This document shows, one piece after another, positions 9,947 to 21,048 of a DNA stretch of 64,000 nt (its first letter is position 1; the number at the start of each line of letters is the position of its first letter). The notes beneath the pieces are model-generated. The model ran no database searches. It saw nothing but the letters and a program-made list of their open reading frames with translations, and had not been told where the DNA came from. The position numbers were made by a program, and so were the translations under genes. The DNA is from Myxococcales bacterium (lineage in GTDB: Bacteria > Myxococcota_A > Polyangia > Polyangiales > Polyangiaceae): contig JAYTOU010000066.1 in the NCBI GenBank assembly GCA_043747615.1, positions 25,336-89,335 of the forward strand, given 5' to 3'.

Positions 9947-11785
9947 ATGCTCGACCTGTTCCGAAAACGCGGCCTTTCGTCGATCGTTTACGGCGTGATC
10001 ATCGTCGCGATGATCCTCGTATTCGTCATCCAGTTCCGTCCGAACGCCAACCAGAAACAGGCGTCATTTAAAGAGGCCTGCGTCGCGACGGTCCGCGGCT
10101 GGTGCGTCGATCCAAAAGATCATCGCGCCGCCTTCAAGATCTTGATTCCACGCGATTCGCAGGGAGCTTTGCTCACCGCGCGCGCCAAGCAGATGGGGCT
10201 CAACAAGATCGCCCTCGACGGAATCATCGAGCGCGAGCTTCTCGTGAACGAGGCGCAGCGCATCGGGCTCGCGGTCACCGAAGAAGAAATCACCGACGAG
10301 ATCTACAACGGCTTCATCCACGTCAGCGTCCCGAGCGACAACCCGCAGCTCGCCTACTCGCTCCGCGTGGCCGACGGTCGCGTTTACGTCGGCTTCCGCG
10401 ATCCGAAGACCAAGCAGTTCGAGGTTAAGGTCTACGAGCGCGCCATTCGCAACCTTGTCGGCCGCTCCCCCACCGAGTTTCGCGAGGAGCAGGGCCGGGA
10501 GATTTTAGCCTCGAAAATGCGGGATCTGGTGCGTGCCCCCGTCCGCGTGAGTGAAGTGGAAGCGCTCGAGAGCTACGTCGGCGAAAAGACGTCCGCCACC
10601 GTGAGCTATCTCTCGGTGAAGCAGAGCTACGTCGCCAAATACGGGGTGACCGTCACCGAAGCAGACGTCGCAACATGGGCCGCCGTGAAAGAAAACGCCA
10701 AGGCGATCACCGACGCCGTCGCCGGTCGCAAGGACTTCCTCCCCAAGGCAAATCACGTTCGCCACATCCTCGTGCGGGTTACCCCCACGGCCTCCGCCGA
10801 CGAGAAAGCAACCGCCCTCGCCAAGATTTCCGAAGCGAGCGCGCGGATCAAGCGCGGCGACGCCTTCGCCGACGTTGCCCGGGAAGTCTCGCAAGATCCG
10901 GGAAGCGCCGTCCACGGCGGCGACGTCGGCGACAAGACCGACGGCTTCGTCATACCCTTCAAGAAGGGCGCAGACGCGCTCAAGCCGGGCGAGGTCACCC
11001 AGGGGGCCATCGAAACGCAGTTCGGTTACCACCTCATCGAGCGCGACGACCCCGCGAAGAACGCCGAGATCGAAGCGACGATGAAGCGCGACGCGGCACG
11101 TGAGCTCTACACGAAGTCTAAATCGACCGACGCGACGAAGGCGCTCGCCGCGAAAGTTCTCGCAGACGTCAAGGGCGGCAGGACGCTCAACGACGCCTCC
11201 CTCGCCGCGATCGCGACGCTCACCGTGAAGCCTGTCGCAGCACCCACGATCAACATCATCCGCGATGAGCCCGCTCAAGCCATGGTCGCCAAGGGCGATG
11301 CCGGCGCCACCTCGAAGGATGCAGGGGCGAGCAGCCCCGCAGCGATCGTACCCGTGCCCGCCAAGCAGCTCACCGCCGCGAACGATCCCGATCGGCCGCA
11401 GGCGCAAAGCTCGAACGCGGTCAACCGCGGGGGGGACCCGATCCCTGCGCTCTCTCCGGAGAACACGGGCATCGTGTCCAAGTTCGCCTTCACCGCAAAG
11501 GACGGTGAGACACTACCCGACCTTCTCCGCACGGACGACGCCTACCTCGTCGTGCAGCTGAAAGAGCACAAAGCGGCGACCAAAGAAGAGTTCGACAAGG
11601 ACCGCGACACGTACGTGCAGACGCTCCTCGCGGCCAAGCAGGCCGAGGCCCTCTCTCTCTACGTGAAACGCCTCCGCGACGCCGCCAAGAGCGAGATCAA
11701 GATCGACGACTCGTACCTCGCGGATCCGAACGCGAAGGATGGCGGAGCGCCGATGCCGATGGAGGAGGAAGAGGAAGGGCCTTGA
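9947..11785 (+). CDS. PpiD/SurA-family periplasmic chaperone / parvulin PPIase
   Basis: N-terminal TM anchor (MLDLFRK...), SurA-N helices, rotamase HVRHILV...SQDPGSAVHGGDVG...ETQFGYHLI. Confidence 0.88.
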   Translation: MLDLFRKRGLSSIVYGVIIVAMILVFVIQFRPNANQKQASFKEACVATVRGWCVDPKDHRAAFKILIPRDSQGALLTARAKQMGLNKIALDGIIERELLVNEAQRIGLAVTEEEITDEIYNGFIHVSVPSDNPQLAYSLRVADGRVYVGFRDPKTKQFEVKVYERAIRNLVGRSPTEFREEQGREILASKMRDLVRAPVRVSEVEALESYVGEKTSATVSYLSVKQSYVAKYGVTVTEADVATWAAVKENAKAITDAVAGRKDFLPKANHVRHILVRVTPTASADEKATALAKISEASARIKRGDAFADVAREVSQDPGSAVHGGDVGDKTDGFVIPFKKGADALKPGEVTQGAIETQFGYHLIERDDPAKNAEIEATMKRDAARELYTKSKSTDATKALAAKVLADVKGGRTLNDASLAAIATLTVKPVAAPTINIIRDEPAQAMVAKGDAGATSKDAGASSPAAIVPVPAKQLTAANDPDRPQAQSSNAVNRGGDPIPALSPENTGIVSKFAFTAKDGETLPDLLRTDDAYLVVQLKEHKAATKEEFDKDRDTYVQTLLAAKQAEALSLYVKRLRDAAKSEIKIDDSYLADPNAKDGGAPMPMEEEEEGP

Positions 11786-11802
11786 GCAGCTCTTCTTCTC
11801 GC

Positions 11803-13095
11803 ATGACACCTCACGCGCATCGCTCCGTCGTTCTCGACAACGGCCTGCGGGTCGTCGCCGTTCCTCAGCCCCAGCTTCACCGCGCGCATGTGGCGCTCTA
11901 CGTTCGCGTTGGTTCTCGTTACGAGACAAAAGCGAACAACGGCCTCTCGCACTTTCTCGAGCACATGCTCTACAGAGGGACGGAGCGGCTGAGGAGCGCG
12001 CACGACGTGAACCTCGCCTTCGAGCGCCTCGGCGGCTACCTCTATGCAGCGACACAGACCGACTACGGCGTGTTCTCGGTCACCCTGCCGCCCGAGTCGC
12101 TCGAAGAAGCGTGCGCCCTCTTCAGTGAAGTCCTGTGCGAGCCGGCCTTCTTCGACATCGACATCGAGAAAGGGATCGTCTGCGAGGAGATCCTGGAAGA
12201 CCTCGACGACGAAGGTCGCCAGGTAGACGCGGACAACATCTCGCGCGCCCTCATCTACCCGACCCACCCGCTCGGCTACACGATCACCGGCGACGCGCAA
12301 ACGGTGAAGTCCTTCGACGTCGCGGGACTTCGGGCGCACCATCGTCGTCACTACACGGCCGGCTCCTCGGTCCTCGCTTTCTCGGGCGACGTCCAGGCGG
12401 AGAAGGCCCTGGAGCTAGCGGACCGCTATTTTTCCAAATTCCCCAAAGGCGAGCGGGTCGTCGGCGAAGTGCCGGTTTCCACCCAGAAAAAACCAAAGCT
12501 CAAGATCGTCGAGAACGTATCCAGTCAGACCGATCTGCGGATTTGCTTTCGCGCGGTCCCCGAGTGCTCGATTCAGCGCCCAGCGATGGACATGCTCATG
12601 CGCGTGATCGATGACGGCATGTCCACGCGCCTTTATCATCGGATCTGCGACAGTCAGGGCCTCTGTTACGACGTGAGCGCCGGATTCGACGGCTACGAGG
12701 ACGACGGCGTGCTCGACTTTGCGGCGGGCGTGCAGCACTTTCGCTCGACGCAGGTGACGTCCGAGATCTTGGCGCTGATGAAGGAGCTCGCGACCGTCGG
12801 CCCCACGGAAGAAGAGATGCTCAAGGGCCGCCAGCGCTACGCGTGGGATCTCACCAGCCTGCGCGATTCGCCCGACGACATGGCGGGATTTTTCGCCGGT
12901 GGCTATCTCTTCGATCGCTTCGAGACGCCGGAGGAGCGCCTGCGAAAAACGAGCGCGGTGACGCGTGAGCAAGTCCGCGACGTCGCCCGCCTCATCTCCG
13001 AGCCGAGCCACCTCAACGTGACGGCCGTCGGTCTCCTCGAAAACGACGAAGACAAGCGCCTCATCGAGTGCGTTAAGACCTTCAGCTACTCCTAG
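11803..13095 (+). CDS. M16 (pitrilysin) family zinc peptidase
   Basis: LDNGLRV, GSRYE, inverted zinc motif HFLEH. Confidence 0.93.
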   Translation: MTPHAHRSVVLDNGLRVVAVPQPQLHRAHVALYVRVGSRYETKANNGLSHFLEHMLYRGTERLRSAHDVNLAFERLGGYLYAATQTDYGVFSVTLPPESLEEACALFSEVLCEPAFFDIDIEKGIVCEEILEDLDDEGRQVDADNISRALIYPTHPLGYTITGDAQTVKSFDVAGLRAHHRRHYTAGSSVLAFSGDVQAEKALELADRYFSKFPKGERVVGEVPVSTQKKPKLKIVENVSSQTDLRICFRAVPECSIQRPAMDMLMRVIDDGMSTRLYHRICDSQGLCYDVSAGFDGYEDDGVLDFAAGVQHFRSTQVTSEILALMKELATVGPTEEEMLKGRQRYAWDLTSLRDSPDDMAGFFAGGYLFDRFETPEERLRKTSAVTREQVRDVARLISEPSHLNVTAVGLLENDEDKRLIECVKTFSYS

Positions 13096-13972
13096 TCACC
13101 CAGAAATCGAGGAGGAGCTTGGCGAGCGCGGCGGGCTCGGTCCAGTGCATCATGTGCCCGGCGGAAGCGAGCTCCGCGCGCTGGACATGGCGGAAAGACG
13201 CGATGCGTTCCTCTTCGTCGATGGGATGAAACCCATCGGGGCCTCCGCCGATCGCGAGCACCGGGCAGGTCACCCGCACGGCAAACGAATTGAACACGCG
13301 CGAGAAGAACGGGACCGGCGACGTGGTGCGGTGGAGCGGATCGAAGGCCCATCGAACGCCGCTGCCGTCGGGGAGCTCGCGTACCAAATGCTTTATTCTA
13401 CCGCTCAGAATGGTCGGATCGACCCTCGAGTGATTTCCGACGAGGCGTCGTAACGCGTCGTCCATCGTGCCTACGGCGCGCGGCTCACGTGGCGTGGATC
13501 GCACTTGCTCGATCCATCGACGCATCCGGTCGGGAGCAACTTCGGGTGGATTGTCGGGCGGTCCCATCCCCTCGAGAAGCGCGAGCTTGGTCACCCTCTC
13601 TGGAAACGCCCCCGCGTACAGCGACGCCACCGTGCCCCCCATCGAGTGGCCGACGAGCAAGAGCGGACTCTCCTCGGCCGACCCAGGCACGAGCACGCGA
13701 ACGAGCTCCGCGACGTCGGCGACGTAATCGGCGAAATGATAGTAGCTTCCCTCGGGCGCGCGCGGCGCATCGCCGAACCCCCGCATGTCGGGGGCAAGCA
13801 CGCGGAGCCCAGCTGCGACGAGGAGCGGGGCCACGAGGTCCCAGGAATTTCCGGCGTCCATGAAGCCGTGAACCAGAAGGGCCGTTCCCGACGCGCTCAC
13901 CTCCGCGGGCGGGAGCCACTCCACGACGTGGTGCTCGAGACCGTTCGCTTTGACCCGCAAAGACATTCCCAT
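13082..13972 (-). CDS. Alpha/beta hydrolase
   Basis: HGFMD, PDMRGFG, nucleophile elbow GHSMGG, C-terminal AGHMMH. Confidence 0.92.
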   Translation of the reverse strand: MGMSLRVKANGLEHHVVEWLPPAEVSASGTALLVHGFMDAGNSWDLVAPLLVAAGLRVLAPDMRGFGDAPRAPEGSYYHFADYVADVAELVRVLVPGSAEESPLLLVGHSMGGTVASLYAGAFPERVTKLALLEGMGPPDNPPEVAPDRMRRWIEQVRSTPREPRAVGTMDDALRRLVGNHSRVDPTILSGRIKHLVRELPDGSGVRWAFDPLHRTTSPVPFFSRVFNSFAVRVTCPVLAIGGGPDGFHPIDEEERIASFRHVQRAELASAGHMMHWTEPAALAKLLLDFWVTRSS

Positions 13973-14048
13973 CGATCGAGCGGAACCTACCACGAAGGGG
14001 CGCTACTTGGTTTCCGCGGCGCGAACCGCTATAGCTCGCGCCTATTTA

Positions 14049-15056
14049 ATGAAGCATACGATCACGCTGATCCCGGGTGATGGAATCGGGCCGGAAGTCG
14101 CCGAGGCCACCCAGCGTGTCCTCGAGGCGGCCGGAATGAGCATCGAGTGGGAAGTGCACCACGCCGGCGCGGCCGTCGCCGAGACCCAAGGCACCACACT
14201 CCCCGCGTCGGTGCTCGAGGCAGTCAAGCGCAACAAGGTAGCGCTGAAGGGGCCCATCGGAACGCCGATCGGCAAGGGCTTCCGGTCCGTCAACGTCACT
14301 CTGCGCCAGGCACTCGAGCTCTACGCGAACGTGCGTCCGGTGCGCAGCTTGCCCGGCGTCGAGCCTCGCTTCGAGGGGACGGACATCGTGATCATCCGAG
14401 AAAACACGGAGGATCTCTACGCCGGTCTCGAGCTCATGATCATGCCGGGGGTCGCCCAGTCCATCAAGCTCATCACCGAACGGAGCTGCCTCCGCATCTG
14501 CGAGTACGCGTTCGATTACGCCGAGCGCCTCGGCCGCCACCGCGTTACAGCCGTCCACAAAGCGAACATCATGAAGCTCTCCGACGGGCTCCTCCTCGAG
14601 GTGTTCCGCCGCGTGGCGCTCAAGCACCCGCGCATCGAGCCGATGGAAATGATCGTCGACAACTGCGCGATGCAGATGGTGCGAAACGCCAACAAGGTCG
14701 ACGTCATCGTCACCGAGAACCTCTACGGCGACATCCTCAGCGATCTCGGCGCAGGCCTGGTGGGCGGCCTTGGGATCGTGCCCGGCGCGAACATCGGAGC
14801 CGAAGCCGCGGTCTTCGAAGCGGTGCACGGGAGCGCTCCGGACATCGCCGGTAAAGGGCTCGCGAATCCCACCGCCCTCGTGCAAAGCGCGGTGATGATG
14901 CTCCATCACCTCGGCGAGACCGACGCGGCGAACAAGATCGAAAAATCGATCATCGAAGTCTACCGACGCGGCGACAAGAAGACGGCCGACCTCGGCGGCA
15001 GCGCCTCGACCACGGAATTCACCGACGCACTTTGTAACGAAGTAGCCACCGGTTGA
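14049..15056 (+). CDS. icd: Isocitrate/isopropylmalate dehydrogenase family, likely NAD-dependent isocitrate dehydrogenase
   Basis: LIPGDGIGPE, RSVNVTLR, RENTEDLY, VHKANIMK, NLYGDILSD, EAVHGSAPDIAG. Confidence 0.85.
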   Translation: MKHTITLIPGDGIGPEVAEATQRVLEAAGMSIEWEVHHAGAAVAETQGTTLPASVLEAVKRNKVALKGPIGTPIGKGFRSVNVTLRQALELYANVRPVRSLPGVEPRFEGTDIVIIRENTEDLYAGLELMIMPGVAQSIKLITERSCLRICEYAFDYAERLGRHRVTAVHKANIMKLSDGLLLEVFRRVALKHPRIEPMEMIVDNCAMQMVRNANKVDVIVTENLYGDILSDLGAGLVGGLGIVPGANIGAEAAVFEAVHGSAPDIAGKGLANPTALVQSAVMMLHHLGETDAANKIEKSIIEVYRRGDKKTADLGGSASTTEFTDALCNEVATG

Positions 15057-15065
15057 GCTGAGGTC

Positions 15066-16802
15066 GTGGCGGAGCACGAGGTTCTCGTCTTTCTCCTCGC
15101 GCTGGCGTGCCTGTTGGCCGTGGCTCGGGTGTTCGGCGAAATCGCCCGCAAGTTCGGAATACCGCTCGTCGTCGGAGAGATCATGGCCGGCCTATTCCTC
15201 GGCCCCACGATCCTGGGTCGCGTAGCCCCGCATTCCTACGGCTGGCTCTTTCCGGGTGGTGGCGCGCAGAAAATGCTCAGCGGCTACACCACCGTCGCCG
15301 TCGTCTTGCTGCTCGTGCTCGCAGGCACCGAGGTCGATCTGGCGATCGTCAAGCGCCGCGGTCGCGCTGCCCTCTACACGAGCCTGTTGGGCATCGTGCT
15401 CCCCCTCGGTGGCGGGCTGCTCCTCGGATTTCTTCTCCCCGATTCGGATCTCGTTCGCCCGAACCAGCGCGTGCTCTTTGCGCTCTTCATCGGCGTGGCC
15501 CTTTCGATCTCCGCGCTTCCGGTGATCGCGAAGACCCTTCTCGATCTTGGGCTCTTCAAGACCGACATCGGTCTCCTCATCATGGCCGCGGCGATGATCG
15601 ACGACCTGGCCGGGTGGTTGGCGTTCTCGGTGCTCGTCAACCCGATGCAGGGGAGCGCCCTCGACTTCCGGCAGGTGGGTACCACCCTCGCGCTCACCAT
15701 AGCCTTCGCGGGCGTCATGCTCGCGGTCGGGCGTCCGGTCGTGAACTACCTGCTCGGTGCCCTCGGAGAGCAGAAAAACGCGCCAGGCCGGATCCTCTCA
15801 CTTCTCATCTTGCTCGGTCTGTTCGGCGCCGCCGCGACCCAAGCCATGGGCATTCACGCCGTCTTCGGTGGGTTCATCGTCGGCATCACGGTCGGCGATT
15901 CCCCCCGATTGAAGGGGCACACGCGCGCCGTCATCCACGAGTTCGTGACGAACATCTTTGCACCCGTGTTCTTCGCGTCGCTCGGTCTCCACGTCGATTT
16001 CTTGCGGGCCTTCGACCTCCGTCTTTGCACCCTGGTCTTCGTGATCGCCACGGCCGCGAAGGTGATCGGTTGCACCCTGGGAGCGCGCCTCGGTGGCATG
16101 CGTTTACGCGAGGCGGCCGCCGTCGGGTTCGGGCTGAATGCACGGGGAGCGATGGAAATCATCCTCGCCCTGCTCGCGCTCGATGCCGGTCTCATCCGCG
16201 AGCGGGTGTTCGTCGCCCTCGTCACCATGGCGATCCTCACCTCTCTCGTCAGCGGCCCGATGATGAAGCTTCTCCTCGGCCAGCCTAGGAAAGAAGAAGA
16301 GCTCGTGGTGTCTCTTCTTCGCGGCGGCGCGTTCATCCAGCGTCTAGAGGCGACGACCTCGAGCTCGGCGATCTCGGAGCTGGTCGGCGCGCTTGCTGCC
16401 CAGCTCGGAGACAAAGTCCCGCATGCACGGACCAGCGTCATCGAGCGCGAGCAGGTCGCGGCCACCGGCCTTGGTGACGGAGTCGCGATCCCGCATGCCG
16501 CCGTGCGTGGGCTGACCAGACCGATCCTTGCGCTCGGTCTCACCCACGATGGAATCGATTTCGACGCTCCCGATGGAAGGCCGGCGAACATCGTCTTCTT
16601 GCTGCTTTTGCCGGAGGGAAAGTACGAAGAAGAAGTGCGCGTCCTCGCTTCGATCGCCCGCTCGGTCATCGACGGCAGCGGACGCCTTCGTCTCCTCCAA
16701 GCCAACGGTCTCGGCGAAGCCCTCGGCGTGCTCGCCGCAAACGCCAAGGCCATGGCCCTCCGCGCTGGCTCCCGCGCGCCTCCCGCGCTCGCCGATCTCT
16801 AG
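15066..16802 (+). CDS. Cation:proton antiporter (CPA2/Kef-like) fused to C-terminal PTS EIIA domain
   Basis: Many TM helices, GEIMAGLFLGP, SISALPV, IDD, GLNARG; C-terminal ERE...TGLGDGVAIPHA...GIDFDAPDG. Confidence 0.9.
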   Translation: MAEHEVLVFLLALACLLAVARVFGEIARKFGIPLVVGEIMAGLFLGPTILGRVAPHSYGWLFPGGGAQKMLSGYTTVAVVLLLVLAGTEVDLAIVKRRGRAALYTSLLGIVLPLGGGLLLGFLLPDSDLVRPNQRVLFALFIGVALSISALPVIAKTLLDLGLFKTDIGLLIMAAAMIDDLAGWLAFSVLVNPMQGSALDFRQVGTTLALTIAFAGVMLAVGRPVVNYLLGALGEQKNAPGRILSLLILLGLFGAAATQAMGIHAVFGGFIVGITVGDSPRLKGHTRAVIHEFVTNIFAPVFFASLGLHVDFLRAFDLRLCTLVFVIATAAKVIGCTLGARLGGMRLREAAAVGFGLNARGAMEIILALLALDAGLIRERVFVALVTMAILTSLVSGPMMKLLLGQPRKEEELVVSLLRGGAFIQRLEATTSSSAISELVGALAAQLGDKVPHARTSVIEREQVAATGLGDGVAIPHAAVRGLTRPILALGLTHDGIDFDAPDGRPANIVFLLLLPEGKYEEEVRVLASIARSVIDGSGRLRLLQANGLGEALGVLAANAKAMALRAGSRAPPALADL

Positions 16803-16814
16803 CGGTTTTCGAGC

Positions 16815-17534
16815 CTAGAAGCGCTCCTTCGGCTCGTCCTTCGAGATCACTTCGACCTTCGGGAGGACTTCTTTCGCGAAGCGATCTCGCACTTCACGCG
16901 CGCGCGCTTCGTCCTCACGCGAAGGAATGGCAATGCCAACGACGAGGCATGCTCCCTTCCACGCCGGGTATGCCGAGTACGCCGCGGCATAGCTCTCGTG
17001 ATCGGCGATCGTCGCCGTTTTCGCGAAGACCGCATCGGTGTCGAGCACCTCGCGATGCCACATGAACGCGCTCGGCGGGTCGTGATTGACCTGCACGTCG
17101 AAGGACTCGAGCCACGGATTGGCCCACGCCGCAAAGCTCTTCATGCACGCGCCGGGGACGGCGTTGTCGTCGACGTGGGTGATGAACGCGCCGACGATCG
17201 CGTGGTGCTCTTTGCCGTAGCGGAATCCGACCAAGCTCGGCACGCCCCAGAACTTCACGCGCATCCAATTTCCGGCGTCCGGCAAGAGGACTCGAACGCT
17301 GCGTTGCTTGTCGTCGCGGTACTCGAGCGGTCCTATCTTGAGCTGCTCGAGGGCCGCGGAGTGAGAGGTTCCACCGGCGCCGCCTTGGGCAGCTTTACCG
17401 TCGTCCTTGGGGGGCGGGGCCGCGGCCACCGGGATGTTTGGCGCGCTCGCCGCTCCCGTGCAGCCGACGGTGGCCGTGGTCGCTGCAGTGGCGGCGAGGA
17501 AGATCAGGGACGGTAGGTTCGTAAGACGGGTCAC
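16815..17534 (-). CDS. Hypothetical lipoprotein
   Basis: Lipobox-like TVGC, GAGAGG upstream of GTG. Confidence 0.7.
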   Translation of the reverse strand: MTRLTNLPSLIFLAATAATTATVGCTGAASAPNIPVAAAPPPKDDGKAAQGGAGGTSHSAALEQLKIGPLEYRDDKQRSVRVLLPDAGNWMRVKFWGVPSLVGFRYGKEHHAIVGAFITHVDDNAVPGACMKSFAAWANPWLESFDVQVNHDPPSAFMWHREVLDTDAVFAKTATIADHESYAAAYSAYPAWKGACLVVGIAIPSREDEARAREVRDRFAKEVLPKVEVISKDEPKERF

Positions 17535-17671
17535 GATGGCCTCTCATTACTCTTGGACGAAAGCGGCGCGAACGCCAGAGTCCGTGAACCCTGACACCCA
17601 CGCCATGGGGGCGGCACAACTGTCGCCCATTTCGGCCCGTGAACATCGCAGAAACCTGGGGACCGGACGTG

Positions 17672-17685
17672 GGCACGCGGCGTGC
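17672..17685 (+). promoter_or_regulatory. Putative sigma-54 -24/-12 promoter
   Basis: GGCACGCGGCGTGC = GG-N10-GC with GGCACG; a second match, GGCACAACTGTCGC, at 17613-17626. Confidence 0.5.
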
Positions 17686-17699
17686 TTTACCAGGTCTCG

Positions 17700-17912
17700 A
17701 TGAGCATGGTGACCTCGCGCTCCTGGCTTCTCGCGCTGCCCCTCTTGACCGCCCTTTCGGGGGGTCTTGGGGCTCTCAGCAGCAGCTTCGAGGGCAATAA
17801 CGTAGCGCCTCCCTGGCAGGCGTGCCCCCAAAACGTCGTCGCTCCGGCCCCCCAAGTTGCTCCCCGACCGCCCCCTCCGCCTTCGGATGAGGGCGAGTCC
17901 ACGGTTGCGTAG
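17700..17912 (+). CDS. Small exported Pro-rich protein
   Basis: 70-aa ORF with signal-like hydrophobic N-terminus, just downstream of the sigma-54 motif. Confidence 0.5.
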   Translation: MSMVTSRSWLLALPLLTALSGGLGALSSSFEGNNVAPPWQACPQNVVAPAPQVAPRPPPPPSDEGESTVA

Positions 17913-17924
17913 TATCGTAGCGGA

Positions 17925-19175
17925 GTGCGGGTCCGGAGCTCTTGGTGGTGGTGGACGGCTCTTCTGCCGGCGCCCCTGATCGCAGTCGTTCTCGCGGGGA
18001 CGCTCGCAAAGTGCCAGATCTACGAGCCCTCGCTGCTCGAGGTGGCCGAAGGCGGACCAACCGTCGGCGGGGGCATCGGCTTTTGGTCTCACCCGGGCCC
18101 AAGCGGATGCTTCAGCGCGGAGTCTCCCACGGCAGAGGAGCACCCTTCACCGCAGCCAGGTGACAGCCTTCCCCCGATTTACTTGGCGATTCGCTCCATG
18201 CGTCTGGGAAGCCTCGACCCCGACGGGAACCCGAGCAAGACGGCGTGGCAGGACATCGGCTTCGACCTGGACAATACGTGCACGACGTCCGGGACCTGCC
18301 CGTCGGATCCGAGCAAGCCAAGCGTCTCGTGCAAGCCCACCGGCTCGGCGGTCGCCTTCGATGGGAATTATTGCCGAGACAACACCTTCGGCCGACTCGA
18401 GATCCTTGCCTCCTCGATCTCCGAAATCGGCGGTAAATATGGCCTGAACGACGACGCCTTCAATTGCGCGCTGTGCGTCGGGGCGTACAACTTCATCATC
18501 AAGATCTCGAACTACAACGGCACCGCAAACGACGATGTCGTGAGGCTCGACGCGTACCCATCCCCAGGCCTCGACCCGATCCTTCCGTGGAACTGCGCGA
18601 CAACGGACTGGAAAGCTCATCCTTGCTTCACCGCGGACCAGCCGCTCACCGTGCAAGACGTAGCCGTGCAGCAGCCACGGGGCGGACCGGATCTGCCAGA
18701 CGCCGTGCTTTTTTCCGACACCGCGTACGTCCGTGACGGCTACCTCGTGATGATCTTGCCGCCAGACTCGCTGCTTCTCTTTCCGGGAAAAAAGGCGCTG
18801 GCGACAGCCTTCCCGGTGAAGTTCGCGCGCGGCATTTTCACCGGACACCTCGGGCGAGCGCGGGACGGAACGTGGAAAATCGAGGACGGCAACATGGGCG
18901 GCACGACCACCGAGGTAGAGACGCTGAAGAGCTTTCGTGAGATCGGGTTCTGCGAGAGCGATCCAAATTTCAAGCTGATGGCGACCTTTCTTCACGACAA
19001 CCTCGACATCCTGTCGACCAGGGAAAGCAACCCGGGAGCGACCTGTGATTCGGTGTCGATCGGGCTCGGCTTCACAGCCACGCAGGCGACAGCAGGCAGG
19101 CTCGTCCACGTCGATCCGCTGGTGGAATGCGGCGGCGACGCGGGGGTCAAGGATGCCGACGTAGGCGGAAATTAG
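17925..19175 (+). CDS. Cys-containing hypothetical lipoprotein
   Basis: Lipobox LAKC, DxDxD-like loops (GFDLDNTC), multiple Cys. Confidence 0.75.
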   Translation: MRVRSSWWWWTALLPAPLIAVVLAGTLAKCQIYEPSLLEVAEGGPTVGGGIGFWSHPGPSGCFSAESPTAEEHPSPQPGDSLPPIYLAIRSMRLGSLDPDGNPSKTAWQDIGFDLDNTCTTSGTCPSDPSKPSVSCKPTGSAVAFDGNYCRDNTFGRLEILASSISEIGGKYGLNDDAFNCALCVGAYNFIIKISNYNGTANDDVVRLDAYPSPGLDPILPWNCATTDWKAHPCFTADQPLTVQDVAVQQPRGGPDLPDAVLFSDTAYVRDGYLVMILPPDSLLLFPGKKALATAFPVKFARGIFTGHLGRARDGTWKIEDGNMGGTTTEVETLKSFREIGFCESDPNFKLMATFLHDNLDILSTRESNPGATCDSVSIGLGFTATQATAGRLVHVDPLVECGGDAGVKDADVGGN

Positions 19176-19240
19176 GGGATCATCGGAACCTGGGGGAGCA
19201 CCCTCGCGCCCGCCGGCGAAGTGCGGTAAATGCGCGGGTA

Positions 19241-21046
19241 ATGAGCGACAAGTCGAACAGCCCCCTCCCTAAGAATTTGCAACTGACCGCCTGGGTCAAC
19301 GAGATGGCCAAGCTCACCAAGCCCGACGCCATCGTGTGGTGCGACGGCACGGAGGAAGAGCGAGCGCGGTTCACGGCTGAGGCCGTGAAGAGCGGCATCC
19401 TCACCCCGCTGAACCAGGAAAAACTACCCGGCTGTTACCTCCACCGTTCCAACCCGAACGACGTGGCCCGCGTCGAGAACCTCACCTTCATCTGCACGCC
19501 CACGAAGGAAGAGGCGGGGCCAACCAACAACTGGATGGCGCCGAAGGATGCCTACGGGAAGCTCGGGGCGCTCTTCGACGGATCAATGAAGGGCAAGACG
19601 ATGTACGTCGTGCCGTACATCATGGGCCCGCCCGGCTCGCCGATGTCGAAGGTCGGCATCGAGATCACGGACAGCATCTACGTCGTCCTCAACATGCGAA
19701 TCATGACCCGCATGGGGAACGTCGCTCTCGAGCAGCTCGGCGATTCGAACGAGTTCAACCGGGGCCTGCACTCGGTGCTCGACTGCAACCCGGAGCGGCG
19801 CTTCATCTGCCACTTCCCCGCAGACAACACGATCTGGTCGATCGGTAGCGGCTACGGCGGCAACGTCCTCCTCGGCAAGAAATGCCTCGCCCTCCGCATC
19901 GGATCGTACCTCGGAAAAAAAGAAGGCTGGCTCGCGGAGCACATGCTCATCCTCGGCGTCGAGAGCCCCGAGGGAGAAATGACCTACGTCACCGCCGCGT
20001 TCCCTAGCGCCTGCGGGAAGACGAACTTCGCGATGATGATCCCTCCGGCCCGTTTCAAGGGTTGGAAAATTTGGACGGTCGGTGACGACATCGCGTGGAT
20101 GAAGGTCGACGAAGAAGGGAAGCTTCGGGCCATCAATCCAGAGGCCGGCTACTTCGGCGTCGCCCCGGGCACGAACTTCAAGAGCAACCCCAACGCGATG
20201 AAGACCATCGCCAAGGACACCATCTACACCAACGTCGCGGTGACCGCCGATGGCGACGTGTGGTGGGAAGGAAAAGACGGAGACGTGCCCGACGAGCTCA
20301 CGGACTGGCAAGGCCGCCCGTGGAAGAAGGGCTCCACCGAAAAAGCCGCGCACCCGAACTCGCGGTTCACCGCGCCGATGAAGAACAATCCGGTGCTCTC
20401 CCGCTTCGCCGAAGATCCGGACGGCGTTCCCATCTCGGCGATGATCTTCGGCGGGCGTCGCGCATCGACCATCCCACTCGTCATGCAAGCCTTCAACTGG
20501 ACGCACGGCGTCTTCTTCGGCTCGGCCCTCGGCTCCGAGACCACCGCTGCCGCCACCGGCAAAGTCGGCGTGGTCCGCCGTGACCCGTTCGCGATGCTTC
20601 CCTTCTGCGGCTACAACATGGGCGACTACTTTGCGCACTGGCTCGAGATGCAAGCAGCGATCGTCAACCCGCCGCGCGTTTTCATGGTGAACTGGTTTCG
20701 CCAAGGAAAAAACGGCAAATTCCTGTGGCCGGGATTTGGCGAGAACATGCGCGTCCTCAAGTGGATCGTCGATCGAGCGCGCCTCCGCGTCGGCGGTCAA
20801 GAGACTCCGTTCGGCTGGGTACCGCGCGCGGGAGATCTCGATCTGTCGGGAATCGACGTTCCGCATGATCAGGTGAACGACGCGACGGCGATCGATCTCG
20901 ACGAGTGGAAGACGGAGCTCGAAGGTCACGCCGAGTTCTTCGAGAAGCTCGGAACGCACATGCCCGAGGCGCTGCAGCTTCAGCGTAAGTTGTTCTTGGC
21001 GCGCATCGACGCGATGAAGAAGCGCAGCTGGCGCAACGTCGAGTAA
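19241..21046 (+). CDS. pckG: Phosphoenolpyruvate carboxykinase (GTP)
   Basis: [47 protein letters not shown]. Confidence 0.97.
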   Translation: MSDKSNSPLPKNLQLTAWVNEMAKLTKPDAIVWCDGTEEERARFTAEAVKSGILTPLNQEKLPGCYLHRSNPNDVARVENLTFICTPTKEEAGPTNNWMAPKDAYGKLGALFDGSMKGKTMYVVPYIMGPPGSPMSKVGIEITDSIYVVLNMRIMTRMGNVALEQLGDSNEFNRGLHSVLDCNPERRFICHFPADNTIWSIGSGYGGNVLLGKKCLALRIGSYLGKKEGWLAEHMLILGVESPEGEMTYVTAAFPSACGKTNFAMMIPPARFKGWKIWTVGDDIAWMKVDEEGKLRAINPEAGYFGVAPGTNFKSNPNAMKTIAKDTIYTNVAVTADGDVWWEGKDGDVPDELTDWQGRPWKKGSTEKAAHPNSRFTAPMKNNPVLSRFAEDPDGVPISAMIFGGRRASTIPLVMQAFNWTHGVFFGSALGSETTAAATGKVGVVRRDPFAMLPFCGYNMGDYFAHWLEMQAAIVNPPRVFMVNWFRQGKNGKFLWPGFGENMRVLKWIVDRARLRVGGQETPFGWVPRAGDLDLSGIDVPHDQVNDATAIDLDEWKTELEGHAEFFEKLGTHMPEALQLQRKLFLARIDAMKKRSWRNVE

Positions 21047-21048
21047 CG

